From Clostridium sp. CAG:780 (GTDB lineage: Bacteria > Bacillota > Clostridia > TANB77 > CAG-508): a DNA stretch of 64,000 nt. Shown here one piece after another: positions 26,421 through 36,161 of this stretch. The notes under the pieces were generated by a model. It made no database searches. It was not told the DNA's origin and saw nothing but the letters and a program-made list of their open reading frames with translations. Made by a program: the position numbers and the translations under genes. Where the stretch lies: the NCBI GenBank assembly GCA_000434195.1, contig HF994471.1:26135-90134 (forward strand). The letters run 5' to 3'. Each line of letters opens with the position of its first letter. Position 1 is the first letter of the stretch.

Positions 26421-28798
26421 AAATATATCTCTAAAAATTTGCAATTTGCATATTCTTTATTGTTTTTTACTATATCTAGGAGTTCGTCTACCATTTCTTT
26501 TGTTATTTTACTATTGTGCTTTTCATAAAACTTTTTCAATGGCTTTTGTAAATCCATCATAACTTTAGTCGCTTTATTTACATTTTGCTCTTTTAATAAT
26601 CGATTCATTTTTTCCATTTCTGAGTTATATATCACTTTTCCTATATCGGTTTCTTTTATTTGTTCTAGTGTGTTTTCCTCTGTGATTTCATCTATTTTTA
26701 AGTGTCTTTCTGGTATTTTTCTTCCTAATACTTCTTCAAACTCTTTGTCTGTAATTTCTTGTATTTCTGCATTATAATACTTGTCTGAGTACTTTGCTTT
26801 TATATCTGCATCTTGTGATTTTATTGTTATTCTATCCTTTAAAACTATATCCTCACTAGATTTTCCCACTTGTATTTCATATGTGCCTTCTTCTATTGCC
26901 CATTTTCTTGATTCAGTATTGTAATATTCAAAACTATCTTTTGCCAATTCTATTTTTATAATTTTTTCTTCTCCAGGCTTTAATTCCACCTTTTTAAATT
27001 CTTTTAGTTCTCTTAAAGGTTTATAGATTTTAGGATTTGATTGTGATACATATATTTGTGCAATCTCTTTTCCTTTTACTTTTCCTATGTTTTTAATTTT
27101 GAATAAAATTTTTACCTTATAATTTTCCTGTTCTATTTTTAGGTCCGAATATTTAAATTGAGTATAACTTAGTCCATATCCAAATGGGAAAAGGACCTTT
27201 TTCTTTGCTGTATTGTAATATCTATATCCTACATATATAGTTTCTTTATATTCTACTGTTAGCTCTGTTCCTGGATAGTTGTTATAGCATGGGGTATCTT
27301 CTAGTTTTATTGGATACGTTTCTGCCAATTTCCCACTAGGATTTACTTTTCCTATTACGCAATTTATCATTGCACTTGCCCCTGTTTCTCCACCTAAGTA
27401 GCCTGTTATTATTGCTTTTGCTTTGTCTTGCCATCGCATTTCGATTGGTGCGCCATTTGATAATATAATTATTATATTTTGGTTTACTTTGCTTATCTCT
27501 TCTATCAAGTTTATCTGATTTGTTGGTATTTGTAGCGTTTCTCTGTCTACTCCTTCTGATTCATAGTTTTCTGTAAGTCCTACAAATATTAATACTTTGT
27601 CATGTCTTTTTGCTACATTAACCGCTTCTTTCAATAGTTGTTCATCATTACCAGATTCAACTCTCTCATATCCTTGTGCATACTCAAATTCTATATTATT
27701 TTTTCTTAAACTTTCAAGTGCATTTTCTACATTATATGGGTTTATGGTAGAACTTCCTGCACCTTGATATCTAGGCTCTTTTGCCATATCTCCGATTACT
27801 GCTATTTTTGTTTTTTGGATTGGTAATATGTTATTTTCGTTTTTTAATAATACTACTGATTCTTCTGCTATTTTTAAAGCAATCTCATGATGCTTTTTTT
27901 GATTATAAGAATATTCTTGAGTTTTATCATATGTTTTTTGAGCTGTTTGAATAATTCTTTCAACTATTTTGTCTAATTCTTTTTCGCTTATTATATTTGC
28001 TTTCACTGCTTTGATTATTTCTTCTTTGCCGTTTCCTCTACCACCTGGCATCTCTAAATCATTAGTTGCCTTAATTCCTTCTACTCTATTATTTTCTGCT
28101 CCCCAATCCGAAATTACTATTCCATTATATTTCCATTCTTTTCTTAGTATTTCTTTTAGCAAGTGTTTGTTTTCTGTACAATATTCTCCATTAACTTTAT
28201 TGTATGCACTCATAACTGCCCATGGTTTTGATTTTTTGATAATCATTTGAAATGCTTTTAAATAGATTTCTCTTAACGTTCTTTCATCTATAATTGCATC
28301 AATAGTTCTTCTTCTGTTTTCTTGATTATTTACTGCAAAATGTTTTACACATGCTCCAACGTTTTGACTTTGCATCCCTTTTACATATTCACTACCAAGT
28401 ATTCCTGTTAAAAATGGATCTTCTGATATATATTCGAAGTTTCTGCCACACAGCGGACTTCTTTTTATATTTATTGCTGGTCCTAACACTATATTGATTT
28501 TCTCTTTTTTGGCTTCTTCTGCTAAAGCTTTGCCTAAAAGATATGCTATTCTTCTATTCCAGCTGTTTCCTAAAGTTGCTAGTGTTGGAAAGCATGTCGC
28601 CTTTTCGCTCTCATTTATTCCTAAATTATCTTGCTTATCTTTTTGTACCCTTAATCCATTTGGTCCGTCTGACATCGTTATTTTAGGAATATTATATTTT
28701 TTTATTTCTTTACTATTCCAGTAGTCTTCTCCCACACAAAGTGACGCTTTTTCTTCTAATGTCATATTTTTTATATCCACAACTTTTTTCTCCATCAT
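26414..28798 (-). CDS. Glycoside hydrolase family 3 beta-glucosidase
   Basis: Full-length GH3 similarity (SDGPNGLR, KHFAVNNQE, ISDWGA), with a C-terminal fibronectin-like domain. Confidence 0.85.
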   Translation of the reverse strand: MMEKKVVDIKNMTLEEKASLCVGEDYWNSKEIKKYNIPKITMSDGPNGLRVQKDKQDNLGINESEKATCFPTLATLGNSWNRRIAYLLGKALAEEAKKEKINIVLGPAINIKRSPLCGRNFEYISEDPFLTGILGSEYVKGMQSQNVGACVKHFAVNNQENRRRTIDAIIDERTLREIYLKAFQMIIKKSKPWAVMSAYNKVNGEYCTENKHLLKEILRKEWKYNGIVISDWGAENNRVEGIKATNDLEMPGGRGNGKEEIIKAVKANIISEKELDKIVERIIQTAQKTYDKTQEYSYNQKKHHEIALKIAEESVVLLKNENNILPIQKTKIAVIGDMAKEPRYQGAGSSTINPYNVENALESLRKNNIEFEYAQGYERVESGNDEQLLKEAVNVAKRHDKVLIFVGLTENYESEGVDRETLQIPTNQINLIEEISKVNQNIIIILSNGAPIEMRWQDKAKAIITGYLGGETGASAMINCVIGKVNPSGKLAETYPIKLEDTPCYNNYPGTELTVEYKETIYVGYRYYNTAKKKVLFPFGYGLSYTQFKYSDLKIEQENYKVKILFKIKNIGKVKGKEIAQIYVSQSNPKIYKPLRELKEFKKVELKPGEEKIIKIELAKDSFEYYNTESRKWAIEEGTYEIQVGKSSEDIVLKDRITIKSQDADIKAKYSDKYYNAEIQEITDKEFEEVLGRKIPERHLKIDEITEENTLEQIKETDIGKVIYNSEMEKMNRLLKEQNVNKATKVMMDLQKPLKKFYEKHNSKITKEMVDELLDIVKNNKEYANCKFLEIYLK

Positions 28799-28848
28799 AA
28801 ATTTTTCTTATTTATATCACATTATTCTCATATATTCAAGAATAATGC

Positions 28849-28877
28849 TTGACTTTTCTTAAATCCCGCCTTATAAT
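28849..28877 (+). promoter_or_regulatory. Consensus sigma-A promoter (TTGACT, 17-bp spacer, TATAAT) for the GC-rich glycosyltransferase gene
   Basis: TTGACT at 28849-28854 and TATAAT at 28872-28877. A small hairpin plus U-tract (CAAGAC-ttcacggag-GTCTTG-tgcgttttt, 28909-28938) follows in the leader, before AGAGGAGG and the ATG at 28959. Confidence 0.55.
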
Positions 28878-28958
28878 AGTTAAGGTTAACTGTAACTTTT
28901 AGAAAAAGCAAGACTTCACGGAGGTCTTGTGCGTTTTTGAAAGAGGAGGTTAGTTCAA

Positions 28959-29819
28959 ATGAAATTCTCGATCATCCTGCCTTGTTTCAACAGTAAGTCG
29001 TACATCAACAAGTGTGTTGATAGCATTCTCTCTCAGTCCTTCTCGGATTATGAGTTGATTGTTATTGACGATGGTTCTACTGACGGAACTTCTCAGATTT
29101 TGGACGAATACGCATCGACCTATCCTCACATTCATGTCCACCATTTTAGCAATGCTGGTGTTTCTATCGCTCGGAAGCGTGGCATCTCCCTTGCTACTGG
29201 TGAGTACTCTATCTTTGTAGACTCTGACGACACCATTGAACCTAATCATCTGGAGAATCTCAATGCGGGTATCATTAAGCACAACCATCCTGATATCATT
29301 CGGTGTCAGGTCAATCTGATTAATGACTCTCCTCACAAAGATTCTCAGCGGTACAATTTCACGTCGGGTATTGACATTCTTAATTCTGGAATCGACTCTC
29401 TGAAAATGTGGTCCATTCCCGGTAAGAAGTATGCAGTTTACTGGCTCTTTGCTTTTAAGACCAGTATTTTCTCGAAGGTTACGTTTCATCGTACCTTGAG
29501 ATGTTACGAAGATGTGGCACTGATTCCCATTCTGATTGCCAGCTCTCCTCGCGTCGTTACTATTAATCATGCTGGTTATAACTATCTTTGCAATAACTCT
29601 GATAGTTTGACCAATACTATTAGTCTCGAGGCTGAGTGTCAGCGGGCTGACGATTTCTATGAGGCCTGTCAGTTTGCCATCAAAAATTTTTCTAATCTTG
29701 AGCAGGTGTCGGAGGCCGATATTTCCTTCTTTGTTGACGACTACAATCGTCGACTCTTGAACAAATACGAGTCTCTGCCTGAGGTTCTGAAACCTCAGTT
29801 TATTCACTGGTTCAAGTAA
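28959..29819 (+). CDS. Family-2 glycosyltransferase (GT-A fold), on a compositionally foreign island of about 40-45 % GC
   Basis: MKFSIILPCFNSKSYINKCVDSILSQSFSDYELIVIDDGSTDGT has the DxD motif. The GC content and codon usage (CTG, TCG, CGG) differ sharply from the flanking DNA, which is under 30 % GC. Confidence 0.85.
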   Translation: MKFSIILPCFNSKSYINKCVDSILSQSFSDYELIVIDDGSTDGTSQILDEYASTYPHIHVHHFSNAGVSIARKRGISLATGEYSIFVDSDDTIEPNHLENLNAGIIKHNHPDIIRCQVNLINDSPHKDSQRYNFTSGIDILNSGIDSLKMWSIPGKKYAVYWLFAFKTSIFSKVTFHRTLRCYEDVALIPILIASSPRVVTINHAGYNYLCNNSDSLTNTISLEAECQRADDFYEACQFAIKNFSNLEQVSEADISFFVDDYNRRLLNKYESLPEVLKPQFIHWFK

Positions 29820-29828
29820 ATAAACGCA

Positions 29829-29869
29829 AATTCCCTATTTCTTAATTAGAAATAGGGAATTATTTTTAT
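29829..29869 (+). terminator. Rho-independent terminator
   Basis: AATTCCCTATTTC-ttaatta-GAAATAGGGAATT-atttttat. Confidence 0.8.
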
Positions 29870-29909
29870 AAAAAAAGACATATATAAAAATATATATGCT
29901 TTTCTATAT

Positions 29910-30749
29910 TTATTTTAATCTAAATTTATGACTTATTTTATAATAATATGGTTTAATATCTGTTAATATATCTTTTACCCATATAATGTTTCCGTCATTA
30001 TCTTTATATTTTATGTTTGGAAATGTTCTTAACATTTTTTCATCTGTAAATATTGTGTTTGACAATTTTTGTACAAATTTGTTTTCTAAAACTTCCTGAC
30101 TTACCATGAGATTTTTGTCTTCTACAAGATTTAAGTCATATTTTTTTGTAAATCTTGTATAAAATACTTGAAGTCCAAAAGCTGTTATTAGCAAATCTAA
30201 AATTAATAATATTGTTCCACCTATTGTTAGTACACTAAATAGTTTTTTAGGAATTTTGTCTATAAATTTTTCTATATATGGATTTATTAACCTCATTAAT
30301 ACTAGTGCTAATATTCCCCAGAATATTGTAAATAACAAACATATTCTGCCATTTATATCAAATGGCATGTTTGAATAATCCCACCATTTAATATGAAATA
30401 CTATTTCTCCTAGCCAGCTTATCACATATTCTACTATTGAGCCTTCTATTGCTCCTGCTAAGAATAATGTCCAGTTTTTCTTTTTAAATTTTTGAAGCCC
30501 TGGTATCATTACTGCCGCACCAAGTCCATATATACAGCAGAATGGTCCGTACAAACAGCTTTGTCTGCTCTCAATTACTCCTTTTGTAAGCATTCCAAAT
30601 ATAGTTTCTATTATAAATCCTAGAAAACTATATATTATAAAGTAGGCTAGTATTCTTTTAAATGTAATTTTTACGACTGGATCTTCTATTACTATTTTGT
30701 TTTGTATTTTTTCTTTTATTTTTTCTTCTAATTTTATTTCATCTATCAT
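29910..30749 (-). CDS. DUF1113-family polytopic membrane protein (putative ABC-transporter type IV family)
   Basis: FLGFIIETIFGMLTKGVIESRQSCLYGPFCCIYGLGAAVMI matches the conserved core of that family. It is not a prepilin peptidase. Confidence 0.45.
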   Translation of the reverse strand: MIDEIKLEEKIKEKIQNKIVIEDPVVKITFKRILAYFIIYSFLGFIIETIFGMLTKGVIESRQSCLYGPFCCIYGLGAAVMIPGLQKFKKKNWTLFLAGAIEGSIVEYVISWLGEIVFHIKWWDYSNMPFDINGRICLLFTIFWGILALVLMRLINPYIEKFIDKIPKKLFSVLTIGGTILLILDLLITAFGLQVFYTRFTKKYDLNLVEDKNLMVSQEVLENKFVQKLSNTIFTDEKMLRTFPNIKYKDNDGNIIWVKDILTDIKPYYYKISHKFRLK

Positions 30750-30763
30750 ATTCTTTCTCCAAG

Positions 30764-32575
30764 TTAATATCCAAAATATGCATTTACTAAATACAAATCA
30801 TATCTAGCTCTTGCCAAGGCAGTTAGATAATATTTTTGTAGGTTCACTCCATTTAAGTTTGTAATGTTTACTTCATCTCCATTTAAGTCTGTTATATTTC
30901 CATACGATTCTCCATATTCGTCATGGTCTCTTCCGAATTTGTCAATTACTTTTCCTGCTATAATGTCATCTGTTGAGTATGCATCTGATGCTGCAACTAT
31001 ACAGTCATAGCATGCTTCATATGGTTGAGGATAGAAATAAGCATATTTTCCTTCGTTTATGTTTACTTCATTACTCTCTAATATTTGAGCAAGAGCATTT
31101 ACATCTTCTCCTGTTAGAGATATAGATTTTCTCTTAAAATCTATTGTTGAATATGCTCCCTCTAATGTCATTCTTCCATAATTTAAAGCTGTAATTAAAG
31201 CTTTACATCCTGGCTTATGATATTCTATTTTTCCTTCATCATCTTTTGATAATATATATATTGCATCATTTGATACTGTTTCTTTGTTTGCATTGTTTGA
31301 AACAACACAGTAATTATTATATATTTTTCCTCCTATTGGGAATCCTTGTAAAAATACCAATTCACATATGTTGTTTTCAATGTTGTCCCAATCTCCTTCT
31401 GTTAATTCTGGCATCGAGAATTCATATCCTGCTGACGAATGATCTGTATATGTTTTCATAGCTTGGATTAAATTTGTTTCTATTGAATATCTTATTACAT
31501 TTCTTCTTTGTTCATTAAATGGTGAACTTGAAAGTAATGGATTGTTCTGTGTTCCTCTTGTATCAAATATTCTAGCATTATCTAATTGTGTTGCAAATCT
31601 CTCTGGTATTTTATATCCTTCTGCATCACATGCCCATTGTTGAGTTACATTTTTTAAATTTTCATTTACCCATATTGTGAATTCAGCTGCTTCTTGATAA
31701 AATTTCTTTGCACTTTCTGAACTTAGTTGCTTTGTTGCTGCATCATAGTAAATGTTTAATGCATTTACTGTTTCTGATGAACTTATATAATCTTTTCTGT
31801 ATTGAGAACTATATTTAAAATATTTTCTACTTTCGTTTGTAGGATTTTTTTCTAAATATATTTTTTGGTTATTATATACCACATATTGGTATCTTCCTTG
31901 ATATTTTGCTTGGTTGATTGTTTCTGCACTTGCATCATCATCTAATGTTACTAAGTTTTCTTCTAGCACTTCACTTAAATTAACGTAATCAGCTATTCTT
32001 GCTGGGTCTTGAGCTATTTGCTCTGCCTCATCATATGATATTAAATGTCCTGTTTTTGTAACATAATTTCCTTCTACTGTGCCTATAATTGTTATGGTAT
32101 TATCAAGTGTATAATTTACCACAAAATCATTGTGTCTACTATTTATATCAATATATCTGCATGAGTATGATGTAAATGGTTTTAGCCCGTATTTAAAAGC
32201 TTGTAATTCTGTGTCATAGTAATTTGTGTATATATGGTAGCCATCATACAAAGTGAACACAATAGCTGGTGTGTATTCTTTTAGTTCCTCTTTTGTATAC
32301 CCCTTTACTTCTAGGTTTGTTGCAAGAGAAGAATAGAATACGTTAATAGATGCTTCTATGTCTCTTATTTTCGAGTTTGCTATATCTGAAAACTCGTTGT
32401 TTTGAGTGTTTATTTGAAACGCTCTAATAGAGTCATGTGCAGCATTTACTAAATTTGCATCATATATGGTTTGTGTTTTTATTGTTTCCAAATGTGAGCT
32501 TACATAATTTGATAATACTAACGATATTGGAAGTATTATTATTATAAAAATTATCGCTATGTGTTGTAATTTCAT
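30764..32575 (-). CDS. Large (603-aa) N-terminally anchored extracellular protein, last gene of the pilus-like operon (candidate tip or adhesin component)
   Basis: A single N-terminal transmembrane segment (IAIIFIIIILPISLVL) is followed by an extracellular domain rich in Tyr and Asn. I recognise no further motif. Confidence 0.35.
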   Translation of the reverse strand: MKLQHIAIIFIIIILPISLVLSNYVSSHLETIKTQTIYDANLVNAAHDSIRAFQINTQNNEFSDIANSKIRDIEASINVFYSSLATNLEVKGYTKEELKEYTPAIVFTLYDGYHIYTNYYDTELQAFKYGLKPFTSYSCRYIDINSRHNDFVVNYTLDNTITIIGTVEGNYVTKTGHLISYDEAEQIAQDPARIADYVNLSEVLEENLVTLDDDASAETINQAKYQGRYQYVVYNNQKIYLEKNPTNESRKYFKYSSQYRKDYISSSETVNALNIYYDAATKQLSSESAKKFYQEAAEFTIWVNENLKNVTQQWACDAEGYKIPERFATQLDNARIFDTRGTQNNPLLSSSPFNEQRRNVIRYSIETNLIQAMKTYTDHSSAGYEFSMPELTEGDWDNIENNICELVFLQGFPIGGKIYNNYCVVSNNANKETVSNDAIYILSKDDEGKIEYHKPGCKALITALNYGRMTLEGAYSTIDFKRKSISLTGEDVNALAQILESNEVNINEGKYAYFYPQPYEACYDCIVAASDAYSTDDIIAGKVIDKFGRDHDEYGESYGNITDLNGDEVNITNLNGVNLQKYYLTALARARYDLYLVNAYFGY

Positions 32576-32589
32576 ATGTTTACCTTTCT

Positions 32590-32640
32590 ATAAAAAAACA
32601 GCTCTTGGACTTTGCTACATATTACAGTCCATAAGCTGTT
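32590..32640 (-). terminator. Intra-operon hairpin plus U-tract (partial terminator or attenuator) between the 176-aa and 603-aa genes
   Basis: On the minus strand, AACAGCTTATGGACTG-taatatgtagcaaa-GTCCAAGAGCTGTT is followed by TTTTTTTAT. Confidence 0.45.
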
Positions 32641-32653
32641 ACATTATACATTA

Positions 32654-33184
32654 TTAGTTTTTACCATTTACAGTAACAATTCCTGCATATTGTACAGCAA
32701 TTTGATACGTGTCATTTCCTGCAATTCTATAAAAGAAGTTTCTTAATGTCTGTGCTATTGTTGTATTTGTATTTTTAACAGTTACAGAGACTCTATCTCC
32801 TTCTTTTAACGTTATTTTATGTTTTTTATTGTCTTTTAAAACGCTTTCTAATTGACTTGTGTATAGGTTATAATAAATGTTTTCACCTATTTTAGTTGTT
32901 TCTGCTTGTGTTGTTTTTACTCCTATATTTTCATCCATTATTTGTACCATTAACTCTACATCAAAAGCATTTCCTGTTGATGTAATTGTTTGAATGTACT
33001 TATCATAATCGTCTAATGTTAATTCTCCAGTTGTTCTAACTTTATCTACAAAATCAGTAGTAGCTGTTTGTACTGTTAATTGTGAGATGTTATCTGATTT
33101 TTCAGATACAGACATCAAAGGGAAAACAAACATTAGCATTGCTGCTAAAAATATAGCTATAATTGTTACAAAACTATCTCCCAT
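32654..33184 (-). CDS. N-terminally anchored small protein (pilus-associated, minor-pilin-like)
   Basis: MGDSFVTIIAIFLAAMLMFVFPLM is followed by a soluble domain. The gene sits within the cluster. Confidence 0.35.
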   Translation of the reverse strand: MGDSFVTIIAIFLAAMLMFVFPLMSVSEKSDNISQLTVQTATTDFVDKVRTTGELTLDDYDKYIQTITSTGNAFDVELMVQIMDENIGVKTTQAETTKIGENIYYNLYTSQLESVLKDNKKHKITLKEGDRVSVTVKNTNTTIAQTLRNFFYRIAGNDTYQIAVQYAGIVTVNGKN

Positions 33185-33237
33185 TTTCTTTGTTTCCTTT
33201 CTTTTTTATAGTATTTGCTGTTTAAAATCATTTGTTA

Positions 33238-33927
33238 CTAATTTATCATCACATAGGTGATTACTTTTTTAGTAGTAGTCTTATTTCCTCTGATACCCGA
33301 GTTTTCGTCATCTTCTGCTTTTACAGTTACAACTTCTCCAACCATTTCAACAAATTTAGCCTGGTTAAATCTTTTTGCAAATCCTATTGAAGTGTAATCC
33401 ATGTTTTCATATGTTTCTCCTGCTAGAATCGCATCCAGATTCTTTTTGACCTCTGATATTGCTCCAGTCCAAGGTTCTCTTCTAGATTGTTCTTCTTTTA
33501 AATCAAAAGAGCAAATGCTTGTACTTGTACCAGTATCATCAAAATCGTTTTTATACCCAGTGCTCCATAGTTCTGGATCTGTTTGGGTTTTGTATATTTC
33601 TATTGGTCTTCCTATTGAAACGTTAGTTATTTTTCCATCTGAGTCATAAGAAGCAGTTCCTGACCTAAATGTAATTTTTATGTCTTCTTTACTATATCTA
33701 TAGAGAGTAGGGATTACTGTTTCCATCCCTACTATTCTATTTCCTAAATTATCTACTTCTATCCCATTAGACTCTGCATAAGAATAATATTCTGTTGGGT
33801 CTGTTAGATGTAGCATTAAGTCTGATGTTTGTCTAGCTTGTGAAAAGATATACATTGTTAAGCTTAATGCTAATACTAATAGTATAACAGCAAATGCTAA
33901 CATTGAAGCTTCTACTGCATTTTCCAT
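33238..33927 (-). CDS. Pilin-like paralog 4 (N-terminus MENAVEASMLAFAVILLVLALSLTMYIF)
   Basis: It shares the conserved MEN-x-x-x-A-x plus hydrophobic helix N-terminus with three neighbouring genes. AAGGAAAAG ribosome-binding site. Confidence 0.45.
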   Translation of the reverse strand: MENAVEASMLAFAVILLVLALSLTMYIFSQARQTSDLMLHLTDPTEYYSYAESNGIEVDNLGNRIVGMETVIPTLYRYSKEDIKITFRSGTASYDSDGKITNVSIGRPIEIYKTQTDPELWSTGYKNDFDDTGTSTSICSFDLKEEQSRREPWTGAISEVKKNLDAILAGETYENMDYTSIGFAKRFNQAKFVEMVGEVVTVKAEDDENSGIRGNKTTTKKVITYVMIN

Positions 33928-33950
33928 AATTTACTTTTCCTTATAGTTTA

Positions 33951-34382
33951 TTATTGTTTTACTATGTAAGCAACTGTTATATATCCTGATTTATTGTATC
34001 CGAAAGATACTTTGTATGTTAGTCCTGTTTTATATGATGCTACTGAATAATCTTTAACTTTATCTGTTGTCCAATTAGCATCATCAGGATCTCTTGTTGC
34101 ATTTCCTGCTGCATCTTCGATTAATATCAATCTAGATGTATCATCTTGATTTACTCTGTTATGATTGATTATTGCACCAACTAATTGTCTTACATCTGTT
34201 CCTGTTCTAACTCCTTCATAGCTTATAAATTCAGCATTATATGCTTGTGCTTTTTGTGGATCTAGGTTTGTTCCTTGTGCTGCTCCTGATGCTTGTTGGT
34301 ATATATACATACCTAACGCGATAATTAAAATTGATAATATTATAGCTCCTGCTATAATTAATGCTTTACTTGCATTCTCCAT
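33951..34382 (-). CDS. Pilin-like paralog 3 (143 aa), a candidate major subunit
   Basis: The N-terminus is MENASKALIIAGAIILSILIIALGMYIY. It has the strongest ribosome-binding site of the paralogs (AAAGGAGGA) and an AT-rich promoter-like region upstream, so I take it as a candidate major subunit. Confidence 0.45.
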   Translation of the reverse strand: MENASKALIIAGAIILSILIIALGMYIYQQASGAAQGTNLDPQKAQAYNAEFISYEGVRTGTDVRQLVGAIINHNRVNQDDTSRLILIEDAAGNATRDPDDANWTTDKVKDYSVASYKTGLTYKVSFGYNKSGYITVAYIVKQ

Positions 34383-34467
34383 AAATAAATCCTCCTTTAG
34401 TTTTTATATTTAATATATTTTTTAATTTTTATATTTCCTTATGAAATATAAAATATTAATAACTTAA

Positions 34468-34896
34468 TTATATTTGCTCAAAATACATGTATTTAACATT
34501 GTTTGTATTTTGATGATATTCTATTTTTGTGCATTTAAAGCTTGTTGCTCCAAAAAGTATTAAAAATTTTTGTTCTCCTGATTTTTCTATTGCTTCCATT
34601 TTTATTATTTGTTCTTGCTCTTTGAATTTAATTTCTATTATTATCGAGTTTTTATTATTATCTATATAATGTCCTTTTTCGTCTTTATCTACTGCATTTT
34701 TTTCATTGCTGTCTACTGCTTTATTTATAATAGATATTACATCTGTTCCTAAAACTTCTTGGTTATAAAAGCTTTGATATGCCCTATTATTCTGACTGCT
34801 TTCTTTTTCTGCTCTTTTTATGTTATAAAAGCTATATGTAATAATTGCTATTACTACCAGAAAAATAGCTACTATAAATATAATATTTCTCTTCAT
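34468..34896 (-). CDS. N-terminally anchored small protein (143 aa) interleaved with the pilin-like genes
   Basis: The likely start MKRNIIFIVAIFLVVIAIITY is at 34896; the ORF track extends to 34944. Confidence 0.35.
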   Translation of the reverse strand: MKRNIIFIVAIFLVVIAIITYSFYNIKRAEKESSQNNRAYQSFYNQEVLGTDVISIINKAVDSNEKNAVDKDEKGHYIDNNKNSIIIEIKFKEQEQIIKMEAIEKSGEQKFLILFGATSFKCTKIEYHQNTNNVKYMYFEQI

Positions 34897-34971
34897 ATCT
34901 GCCTTTCTTAAAATAATTATATCATTATGTTTTTTATTATGCAATCATTATTTGACATATTTTTTAATATT

Positions 34972-35487
34972 TTATACTGGTTTAAATATCACTTTTTTTA
35001 CTCTTTTAGTATATTGATCTATTAGAACACTACAACTATAATCTTTTACTTGATAGGTTCCATCTTGCATTGTTCCAATTTCACTTTTCATAAATTTTAT
35101 ATAATCATCTGTTGATAATGTTTCAAAGTTACGCTCTCCATTAATAGCTGATGTATCAATAGATATATAGAATGTTCCTTCCTTCTCTTTTTCTTCAAGA
35201 CTATCCGTTCCAAAGTCATAACTTTGATTGTTTTGTTGTGCAAGATTTGCCAAGCTCACTATCTCACTTGCTTTGCAAGTATTTTGCCAATTTCCATTTT
35301 CATCTTTATAGCTCTCATATTGGGTAAACTTGGTATTAAATTCAGTAATGTTTTTTTCTTCAAGCCTTGCTTGTATTAGAGAACTATAATCCCCAAAAAC
35401 AGTGTATAAATATGCAATCAATGACAATATTAGAATTCCTACTAAAACTGAAGCTGCCATTAATAATGCTTTACTTGCATTTTCCAC
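34972..35487 (-). CDS. Pilin-like paralog 2 (N-terminus MENASKALLMAASVLVGILILSLIAYLY; GTG start)
   Basis: A GTG start at 35487 follows an AAGGAGGA ribosome-binding site. The N-terminus is conserved and the C-terminus is variable. Confidence 0.45.
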   Translation of the reverse strand: MENASKALLMAASVLVGILILSLIAYLYTVFGDYSSLIQARLEEKNITEFNTKFTQYESYKDENGNWQNTCKASEIVSLANLAQQNNQSYDFGTDSLEEKEKEGTFYISIDTSAINGERNFETLSTDDYIKFMKSEIGTMQDGTYQVKDYSCSVLIDQYTKRVKKVIFKPV

Positions 35488-35507
35488 TTTTATAGTCCTC
35501 CTTGCTT

Positions 35508-36146
35508 TTATTTATCTTTGAACATTATTTTTATAATTCTACCATTTCCAGAATCATATTCTGTTACGTCGTCATATTTAAATGTCTTTCTTGCAAAATC
35601 AGTTTGTTCTTCCACATATTTTTTATAAGTTGTTCTGTTTGTTTTTAATTTGGTATATTCCGATTCAGAGAAATCTGATCTTGCTTTTACTGTCTTTTCA
35701 GTTTCTTTATCACTTAACTTAGACCAGTACGAAATGCTTTTTCCAAATACAGTAATGTCTGCTTCTTTTATCTTTTTTACTAGTTTTTTATATTGTTGGT
35801 CAAGACTTGTACCAGAATATGTTCCTGCTACAAGGTATTGCCCATTAAGCACTCCTGTACTTATTTTTACTTCTAACTCTATTTCTTGATAACCATCTAC
35901 AGCTTTTCTTTCATTATAGTTTATTACTTCATTTGCTAGTGAAAGTATTTCACTTCCATAAACAGTATCTTTAGCATATGACTCAAAATTTATATTAAAT
36001 TTCGATAATTGGCTTGCTTTTTCATTTTTCTGCTCAATATTTTTTTGCTCTCTTATTTGATTATAACCAAATACTAGAAGTGATAATATAAGAACTCCAA
36101 TTAATACACTGGCAGCTATTTCTAAAGCTTTTGTCATATTTTCCAT
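35508..36146 (-). CDS. Pilin-like paralog 1 (N-terminus MENMTKALEIAASVLIGVLILSLLVFGY)
   Basis: The N-terminal about 28 aa are conserved. The gene lies immediately downstream of the TadB/C-like gene. Confidence 0.45.
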   Translation of the reverse strand: MENMTKALEIAASVLIGVLILSLLVFGYNQIREQKNIEQKNEKASQLSKFNINFESYAKDTVYGSEILSLANEVINYNERKAVDGYQEIELEVKISTGVLNGQYLVAGTYSGTSLDQQYKKLVKKIKEADITVFGKSISYWSKLSDKETEKTVKARSDFSESEYTKLKTNRTTYKKYVEEQTDFARKTFKYDDVTEYDSGNGRIIKIMFKDK

Positions 36147-36161
36147 AGTTCATATTCCTTT

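Noticed and set aside
28950-29807. 285-aa minus-strand ORF antisense to the GT2 gene
   Set aside because: The open frame is created by the locally high GC. The plus-strand frame has the unmistakable GT-A N-terminus (ILPCFN...DDGSTDGT), a ribosome-binding site, a promoter and a terminator. The antisense ORF has none of these.
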